DNA of 64,000 bases from Octopus sinensis (Eukaryota). The DNA is taken from NCBI RefSeq assembly GCF_006345805.1, contig NC_043003.1, forward strand, positions 114,762,001 through 114,826,000, read 5' to 3'. This document shows, one piece after another, positions 55,103 to 64,000 of this stretch (positions within the stretch are counted from its first letter, which is position 1; every line of letters starts with the position of its first letter). A program made the translations under genes and the position numbers. Under the pieces are notes generated by a model. The model ran no database searches, was not told the DNA's origin, and saw nothing but the letters and a program-made list of their open reading frames with translations.

Positions 55103-57834
55103 TTCAATTATATTAAAAAATTATCACTAAAGAAGGGAATATTTAATATAGTGTCTCGCTGTTAAACTAAATTTGAAATATGCCAAACTGTAAACAAATT
55201 TCTGGTCACACGAGTATTTATTAATCTTCGTATGACGATGTTTAAACACATGCAATAAATAATATTTCTATACAACTTCAAAAGGAACTTAGCTTTAATT
55301 ATTGGTTTGCTCTATTCATTGAAGAAAGACGTTCCACCTAAGAATATTCCGCATGTTTGAGGAACATTTGGCAGCTTGAGAATACATTTTCTCGGTTATA
55401 TATTTTCCATTATTAGGTTGATATTTTTCCTTTTAGAGACAAACTTTGAAATGCATTCCTGCCAAGAGTAAAAACCTACGGTCACTAATAACATGCTGTA
55501 TTAAAACCGAGCGAAGCAGGGCTTCATTAGCGAGATATCCCTTGAGACACTTCTGCACCGAGGGATGTACCACAGCAAGTTGTACAATATACCACCTGAG
55601 TGGGATCAATGCAAGGTGGGTCGAAACGATTATTATGAGCAATAAAATTTCTCGTGTATTTCATTTAACGTCTCTGATTTGTTATGCACTCGACGAATAC
55701 TGAGGAGTCCCTGCTGTAGATCGAGCGACAATTGTGTACATACCGTGGATGACATCACGGAGCAATAAGCAGTGCATGTTCTTCACCGGATAAATACCAG
55801 GTACGTACCCACTACTTAGGTAATTACTTACACGGACACAGACACGCACAGACATACAGTGTATGTGTGTGTGTGTGTGTGTGCGTGCGCGCGTGTTTAT
55901 ATTGTCGGAACTATTCGTTTCCGAGTTTGGTTCATCTGGAGCTTCCATGATTTATATAACTTTAACTATAGTTTTAATTCGAATTTTCAATTGAATTTAA
56001 ACTTAATTGTAATTCGAATTGAATTATAGCCATGAAACGTACGTAGTGTTTTTACGTATTATATTATATTTAACTTTTTTATACTTTTGGTTAGATATAT
56101 AAAAAAAAATTAAAAATGTAAAGATTTGAAAATTTAAAAATATAAAAATTTAAAAAATAAAATTTAAACATTAAACATTCTAATTATTTAAATTATATAT
56201 ATATATATATTTAGGATCTTATGTCCGCATGGTTATGTTAATAATTTTAAAAAACCGTTACGCGTGTATATGCTAACATCCCTTTATGCGGTAAATATAT
56301 CCTTGCAATAATATTGCCGAATGGAATTGTATATATTTATGTATGTATGTATATGTTTATGCATGCATGCATGTATGTATATATGTAAATAAAATGTACG
56401 TGTGTTGTTGCTGTTACATATCTGTTTCAGAAGTAGTAAAACCTAGCAGTTGTAGATACTTTCAGTTGTGTCATTAAGCGTTGTTCATGGTTAGAGATCG
56501 GCCACTACATATACATTCTAAACATCAAAAATGTAGATATTACATCAACAGTGTTACATGAAATTGAATGGTCGTATTTTCATTGTATCAGGTAGATACT
56601 CCTGATATATGTGGCATTTTAGGTGTAGTTTCTGGCTTACATGTAGAAAGTTAAGAATATTTTCATTTTGATATCGGTAAATCAATACTTGTGGTTAAAA
56701 GTGAAACCAGGTTGGTCACTTATTTTGAGAAGAGAGCATGCTGGACGCCTGTATGATCACTGAAGTGCGACAGACCTGACAAAATGACCCCGTTAGCCAT
56801 TGTATATATCTATACATATCTACATGTATATATGTATACACAAACACCCACACACATAGATATATGCCTAACCTATACATATACTTACATGTGTATAAAC
56901 AAATTATAAAGCAAAGTAGCAGACATTAATGTACATCGAGGTAAAGAAGCAAACGTACAGCTAAATAGTTAAACACACACGCATTCACGGAGAAACACAC
57001 ACACACACACACACAGAGAAACATACCCAAACTTACACATTTACATCAATGAATATAATGCTTCTATGAATGAAGAAATAGACGAATGTAAAAATAGTTC
57101 GGAGCCAGACATCTACACCAAATCTGCGTGGAATAAAAGAGATTATTAATACTTTCATGCATTTATACGCTTATATTCTTCGTGACAACTTCACAGAAAG
57201 TGTTTCGAAATAGTTTCTGCATCAATGCAATACAAACAATATGGTGAAGTGATGCAGCGTTGAAGATGAGGGTGAGGTGATAGTGAAAGTCATTTCATTC
57301 ATTTGAACATGTCTGATCGAAAAAAATCATAAGAAAACGCATCATTTATTACGTGTGTAATTTATTTATTAAATTTTTACATCTCTTTTTTTCTCTTTTC
57401 TTGCAGACAATAGCTTTGTTGGACACAAATTTATAAAACACCTATCGCTGATTTATTGTCTTTGTAGCAGTGAGGAGCTAAGGGAGACGACTTTGCTAAA
57501 GACAGCTTTATCATCAACATTTTCGTCCTTCACCTTTTATGTCACCAGAATATATCTGAATTATATATATACACACATATGTACACGCACGTATATATTG
57601 TCTGTTATGTTTACACATGACAGATCTTTTGATGGGAATATTTCTGCAGCATTCCTTGTATTGATGCCTTTGTCTGCATTCAATAACGGAGGATTCTGTG
57701 TATTTTTTCAAGGACAGACTTTTTGGCTGAATGGAATTTTATATAGTTCTTACCGACTACGTCTTATCGCATAGAATAGTAAGACCACGATGACAGTTTT
57801 GGGAACATGCTAGTCACATGTACGTATATGTGTG

Positions 57835-57879
<45 letters not shown>

Positions 57880-58041
57880 ACGTATTTTTGCCATTTCAAT
57901 ATGGCTAACCCCTAAGGGTGGATGCTACTGTAGTTTTTAGCCCCAGGAGGACACACTCCTCCAGCTGGCCATAGACACACTATCTGTGTCCTGTCAGTAT
58001 TTGCAAAGGGAAGTCATCCTTCCCGTCTTCAACTTATGATA

Positions 58042-58086
58042 CACACGGACTCGAGTTTCGAGGTATTGACCTCTCGTCAGCGTGTG
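58042..58086 (-). ncRNA. Minimal type-I hammerhead ribozyme 1
   Basis: CACACG CUGACGA GAGGU CAAU ACCUC GAAA CUCGAG UC/CGUGUG; all core nucleotides canonical. Confidence 0.93.
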
Positions 58087-58394
58087 ACAATCATAGTTGT
58101 CGCCGAGAATTAGATTTCCTTCACAAATACTTATACTTTTTCCAGCGCCCACTGTCGCTGATATTGAAAAAGTGAAATCAAACAATGATAAATATCAAAG
58201 TGAGTTATATACAGTAGCGGTAACACATCGTGACGTATTTTTGCCATTTCAATATGGCTAACCCCTAAGGGTGGATGCTACTGTAGTTTTTAGCCCCAGG
58301 AGGACACACTCCTCCAGCTGGCCATAGACACACTATCTGTGTCCTGTCAGTATTTGCAAAGGGAAGTCATCCTTCCCGTCTTCAACTTATGATA

Positions 58395-58439
58395 CACACG
58401 GACTCGAGTTTCGAGGTATTGACCTCTCGTCAGCGTGTG
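58395..58439 (-). ncRNA. Minimal type-I hammerhead ribozyme 2
   Basis: Identical to copy 1, 353 bp away. Confidence 0.93.
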
Positions 58440-58746
58440 ACAATCATAGTTGTCGCCGAGAATTAGATTTCCTTCACAATACTTATACTTTTTCCAGCGC
58501 CCACTGTCGCTGATATTGAAAAAGTGAAATCAAACAATGATAAATATCAAAGTGAGTTATATACAGTAGCGGTAACACAACGTGACGTATTTTTGCCATT
58601 TCAATATGGCTAACCCCTAAGGGTGGATGCTACTGTAGTTTTTAGCCCCAGGAGGACACACTCCTCCAGCTGGCCATAGACACACTATCTGTGTCCTGTC
58701 AGTATTTGCAAAGGGAAGACATCCTTCCCGTCTTCAACTTATGATA

Positions 58747-58791
58747 CACACGGACTCGAGTTTCGAGGTATTGACCTCTCGTCAGCGTGTG
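58747..58791 (-). ncRNA. Minimal type-I hammerhead ribozyme 3
   Basis: Identical to copy 1, 352 bp from copy 2. Confidence 0.93.
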
Positions 58792-59000
58792 ACAATCATA
58801 GTTGTCGCCGAGAATTAGATTTCCTTCACAAATACTTATACTTTTTCCAGCGTCCACTGTCGCTGATATTGAAAAAGTGAAATCAAACAATGATAAATAT
58901 CAAAGTGAGTTATATACAGTAGCGGTAACACATCGTGGACGCTGGAAAAAGTATAAGTATTTGTGAAGGAAATCTAATTCTCGGCGACAACTATGATTGT

Positions 59001-59045
59001 CACACGCTGACGAGAGGTCAATACCTCGAAACTCGAGTCCGTGTG
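59001..59045 (+). ncRNA. Minimal type-I hammerhead ribozyme 4
   Basis: Identical motif on the plus strand; predicted cleavage after 59039. Confidence 0.93.
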
Positions 59046-59353
59046 TATCATAAGTTGAAGACGGGAAGGATGACTTCCCTTTGCAAATACTGACAGGACA
59101 CAGATAGTGTGTCTATGGCCAGCTGGAGGAGTGTGTCCTCCTGGGGCTAAAAACTACAGTAGCATCCACCCTTAGGGGTTAGCCATATAGAAATGGCAAA
59201 AATACGTCACGATGTGTTACCGCTACTGTATATAACTCACTTTGATATTTATCATTGTTTGATTTCACTTTTTCAATATCAGCGACAGTGGGCGCTGGAA
59301 AAAGTATAAGTATTTGTGAAGGAAATCTAATTCTCGGCGACAACTATGATTGT

Positions 59354-59397
59354 CACACGCTGACGAGAGGTCAATACCTCGAAACTCGAGTCGTGTG
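59354..59397 (+). ncRNA. Minimal type-I hammerhead ribozyme 5 (1-nt deletion at the cleavage site)
   Basis: GAGTC-GTGTG instead of GAGTC-CGTGTG. Confidence 0.8.
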
Positions 59398-59849
59398 TAT
59401 CATAAGTTGAAGACGGGAAGGATGACTTCCCTTTGCAAATACTGACAGGACACAGATAGTGTGTCTATGGCCAGCTGGAGGAGTGTGTCCTCCTGGGGCT
59501 AAAAACTACAGTAGCATCCACCCTTAGGGGTTAGCCATATTGAAATGGCAAAAATACGTCACGATGTGTTACCGCTACTGTATATAACTCACTTTGATAT
59601 TTATCATTATATATATATATTTCGCTTTTGGGTTTGGTTTGCAAGATTCTTTATTGAAAAGACTATTGAAAAAGTTGCAAGACGTAACGAAAATTTTAAG
59701 AAAGTAAAAATAAGAAATAAGTGGAAATTTTACCTGTGAATGTGTTACATTATAAGGCCCAAAAAGAAAATGACTCTCCCCAGACACAACAGAATATATA
59801 TATATATATATATATAGGTGTGAAACGAAGGACAGTATAATAGAATTCT

Positions 59850-61872
59850 GTAGAAAAGTAAGACTCGCAGAAGCATTAACCAAATACAATACTGAAGATG
59901 ACTAGTCAAAAACAAAAGTGAACACATCCCCAACAAAGGAAGAAATAAAAATCTCGATGAATTCTGCAACCACATTGAGGACTTTCCCTACCACAGCATG
60001 TATAAACAGACAGTTAACAACTCAAACTTTAGCACTGCACAATGGAAGGAACTAACAGAACTTAATAATGATGAAGATATAACGATTAAGGAAGCAGATA
60101 AAGTGCAGTTGTAATAATGGACACGACACATACTATAGAAATCTAGTAATCTCCATGCTTGATGACAGTCAACATTATGAAAAAATCAACTACACCCTGC
60201 AAAATATAATGAAAACTGTCCTCACTAATTAAAACCCATGGAAAGGAACTGACAACCAAATAGACTGACTTTCTAGCAAATTGTAAATGCAAGCCTAGCC
60301 TTTTCTATGGTCTATGAAAAATACACAAAAGCCAGATTATACATGAAGCAATGAAAAAATCATCAAAGACGTACATACACCAAACACTGGGGGACCTAAC
60401 ACTACGACCCATAGTAGCTGGCCCGGCCTGTGAAATACACAGACTAAGTCCATTTATGGACATCCTCCTGAAACTCTTCCTTAAACACATCGATAGCCAT
60501 ATCAGAGATGACTTGGATATGTTAAAACACCTTCCAAAAAATCAAGGAAGAAACAATCATGGTTTCATTTGATGTAGTTAATTTATATACTAGTATACCT
60601 CATAATTATGGGCTAGAGGCAATTCAGTTCTGGCTGGACCAATTTCCGGAAGAAATACAAAAAAGGATCACTAAAGAATTCATAACTAAATCGGTTGAAT
60701 TCATCCTACGAAATAATCACTTCTTGTTTGACAATACATTTTACCGAAAAAAATCCGGAATTGATATGGATACAAAGGCAGCACCAGTCATTGCAAGCCT
60801 AACATTGGTCTACCTGGAAGTAATAATATACCAAGAATATTTATCTACCTTTGGAAACCCCCTAACCAAATATATAAAAGAAAATTGGAAAAAATTCCTA
60901 GACGACTGTTTCATACTCTGGAATGAAAACACAGATAAACTCCTGAAATTCAAAAGACTATTGAACAGCGTCAACCCAAACATACAGTTCCCAATGGAGT
61001 ACAACCAAAAGGAGCTTCCATTCTTAGATATACTAATTAAAAAAAATAAACCTAAAAATAGAAACGGACATATTTTACAAAACCACAGACGCCAAACAAT
61101 ATCAAATATTTAGTTCATGCCATCCAAGACACACCAAAAAAAACATCCCCTTCAACCTTGCAAGAAGGGTATGCACAATAGTGTCAGAACAAAGTACCAG
61201 AGACTTCAGACCGCAAGAACTCAGAAACACCCTAATTGACAGACACTGCCCATTTTAACTCATGGAGGATAGAATCGACATAGAAGCCTTAAGAAAAGTT
61301 CAACACAGCAATACACCTTCCTCGAAAATACTGCCGTACATACCCACATACAACCCCAGAAACAAAGAGACCTTCACCATCATCACATAGAATTTACCAA
61401 TGCTACATAAGGACTCCAAATTAAAGGAAATTTTACACATACATAAAAATCAATAAAAGCTAAAAACAACCGAATTCACTAAAAACGATTCTCACAAAAG
61501 CGAAATTATTTTCTAAAATAACGGATGCAAAAGGGAAAAAATATGGTAGACCAAATTATGCAACATGTCCAAACATTCTAGAAGGATCAGAAAATCTGAT
61601 TTATGTTATAAGATGCTAGGGCTGCCACCAAAATTACATAGGTTCCAAGGGATTATCGCTCAGACACAGATGCACTCTGCATCAACAGCAGACTGCATTC
61701 CCAGAATACAGAATGATACCCTTTAGTGAACATATTGAGAAATCCGCAATGCTATCACAATTTGTAATCTTTCCATTCTATCAATGTGCCATTGTAACAC
61801 CAACACACAAGTTAGATTAAATAAGGAAACCTTCTTCATTGAAAAATATAAGCCAAAACCTAACCGTTTCTA
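59850..61872 (+). mobile_element. Penelope-like element, degenerate RT + GIY-YIG ORF
   Basis: ITIKEADK..VVIMD; LRPIVAGP; SFDVVNLYTSIP; KFLDDCFILW; LPFLDILI; LIYVIRC.GCHQNYIG...LRHR; FFIEKYKPK. Broken by stops and frameshifts. Confidence 0.92.
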
Positions 61873-62279
61873 ACATTTTTAATTAAGGAAACTCACATTG
61901 AAAAAAATTGTAAAGCAAAACTTAACAAATTGTAACATTCTATTCCTTCTAAATAAAATCATGTTACATTAATAAAACCTAGTCATTACCAACATTTTTG
62001 ATTATTTCCCTTATAACGGAAAAATCCCTGATTACCTTCCCCTGCCAGGAACTCCATATTTCACAGCATAGCAAAAACATGACACTATATAGATAAAGAA
62101 ATTTGAGAATTTTGAAGAGAAAATACATTTCTACAAAAACTAAGTTGCTACACGCAAAGTATTAAAAAAAAAATTCTAAAATAACGATTTAAATATATTC
62201 TTTAACCATACAACAAGCCTTTTGTAGTTTTTCATTCTTTTTTGTCTTTTATGTAATATATATATATAAATGTAAGTAT

Positions 62280-62329
<50 letters not shown>

Positions 62330-62493
62330 TATATATATATATATATATACATGTATATATTTATATATATATGTATATATTTATATATACAGTATATATG
62401 TATATATATATATATATATATGTATGTATATAAATATGTATATATATGTGTATATATACATGTATATACATGTGTGTATATACAAGTGTATAT

Positions 62494-62531
<38 letters not shown>

Positions 62532-62830
62532 ATATAAATATGTATATATATATACATGTATATATAAATATGTATATATATATATATACATGTATATATA
62601 AATATGTATATATATACATGTATATATAAATATATGCATATATATACATGTATATATAAATATATGTATATATATACATGTATATATAAATATATATATA
62701 TACACACATATGTATATACATACATACGTATATATATGTATATATATATGTATATATATATATGTTTATACATACATATATATGTGTATATATGGAAATA
62801 TATATATATGTCTACGTATACATATAGATG

Positions 62831-62862
<32 letters not shown>

Positions 62863-62889
62863 CACATATATATATGTATGTGCATGGTA

Positions 62890-63563
62890 ATAAAATGCAG
62901 ACGGCTAGCTGGATGGATCCTCCGAACTTTCAGAACAAGTGAGAAGGAGACACTGATGGTCCTTTGGAAGACATTCGTCCTCAGCTACTTGGTCTACTGC
63001 TCCCAAATATGGTCACCACACAATATTATGTTAACAGCAGAACTCGGAGCAATCCAATGATGCTACACTAAGAAGATCGTCTCAATGCAACATATCAGCT
63101 ACTGAGAAAGACTGGAAGGTGGGAGAGATATGCAGTGATATACATCTGGAAATTCCTGGAGGATCTTATCCCGAATTTTGGCATTGAAAGTTACCTCAAC
63201 AGCAATACGTGGCGCGACTGCATGGTGCCAAAGATCCAAACATCATCAAAATACAAGACCGAATACTGCAACAGCTTGGGTTCCAGGGGACCATATATCT
63301 TCAATATCCTTCCTAAATGCCTGAGAGACCTGCATGGTGTGGATGTGGTTTTCTTTAAAACTAAACTCGATCTCTTCTTGTCAGGGCTTCCAGATGAACC
63401 TACAATTCAGCAGGAAACACAGATGCGGGCAGCGGCGTCGAACTCCCTTGTTGACTGAGTGCCACGTATGAGAGTTGGTTTCACATATTAGTGTAGCACA
63501 TTCAACGGTGGTGCCGTAGCATGGCCGCAGCTTTCGGGCTGAAACACTTTTAAGGATTTAAGG
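62890..63563 (+). mobile_element. 5'-truncated CR1/L2-type LINE 3' end
   Basis: GWILRTFRT...[20 protein letters not shown]...FKTKLDLFLSGLPDEP...RAAASNSLVD; short 3' UTR with a stem-loop and a tttaagga tail repeat. Confidence 0.85.
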
Positions 63564-64000
63564 ATATATACCCATATAACGTGTCTATATATATCTATAT
63601 ATGTGTATATGTATATATATATACATATATGTATATATATATACATTACAACCACTCTGGCTTGGTTCCTCCGGGATACCACACTGGAGACCCTTATTTT
63701 CGTCACCGTCTTACCAAGGTTATGAAAAGCCCTTGAGCGATCAAGTGTCTGTAACCATGTAGTTGTCCTCCATCTAGCTGTTGCAAACAGTAACAGCTCT
63801 CTCACTTCTTTTGTCTACAGCTTACGATCACACATCTTGCGCTACTATAGCTTTCTTTCTTTTCTGCTCTCGCATTTATTAATCATGGTTTTACTCTGGG
63901 TAATAATTTTACCCCGGTGATCGGGTATTTTAACAAACATGGCCATGTAATATTGAACTTATAATATCTGCATATTCTTCCTTATGACCAAGGGAACTTC

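Larger units (their letters stand above)
57877..59608. mobile_element. Non-LTR retrozyme-like tandem/inverted array of about 353-bp hammerhead-containing units
   Basis: Unit starts at 57880, 58233 and 58585 (hammerhead sense on minus); inverted units at 58938-59608 (sense on plus); about 99% identical; flanked by (TA)n on both sides. Confidence 0.9.

Noticed and set aside
57994-58890. Repeated 63-aa ORF MFDFTFSISATV...
   Set aside because: No recognisable motif, broken by a 1-nt deletion in unit 2, and it simply overlaps the ribozyme.
57877-59608. CRISPR array or satellite interpretation of the 353-bp repeats
   Set aside because: No unique spacers and a eukaryotic context; an intact ribozyme in each unit and the inverted geometry argue against a plain satellite.
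63645-64000. Possible minus-strand LINE RT relic (CGIP..S motif)
   Set aside because: Only one weak motif, at the window edge; not enough to call.

Overview
This is an AT-rich eukaryotic intergenic or intronic window with no recognisable host protein-coding exon. The microsatellite load and SINE families suggest an Octopus (cephalopod) genome; this is an inference from recall, not a database hit. Almost all listed ORFs are artefacts of (TA)n/(CA)n/(GA)n/(ATC)n repeats. The real content is decayed mobile DNA: several tRNA-derived SINE families, R4/Dong, RTE and CR1/L2-type LINE fragments, Penelope-like element (PLE) remnants, Tc1/mariner relics, a Helitron, four copies of a GG-terminated MITE with 8-bp TSDs, and small fold-back elements. 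The standout is 57877-59608, a young (about 99% identical) array of about 353-bp non-coding units, three in one orientation and about 1.9 inverted. Each unit carries a minimal type-I hammerhead ribozyme (CACACG CUGACGA GAGGU-CAAU-ACCUC GAAA CUCGAG UC/CGUGUG). This is the architecture of a non-LTR retrozyme (circRNA-producing retroelement). It lies about 250 bp from a PLE RT/GIY-YIG remnant and has a diverged relative at 41835-42325. Several other hammerhead motifs or relics occur in the window. All alignments and folds were done by eye; boundaries of degenerate elements are approximate.
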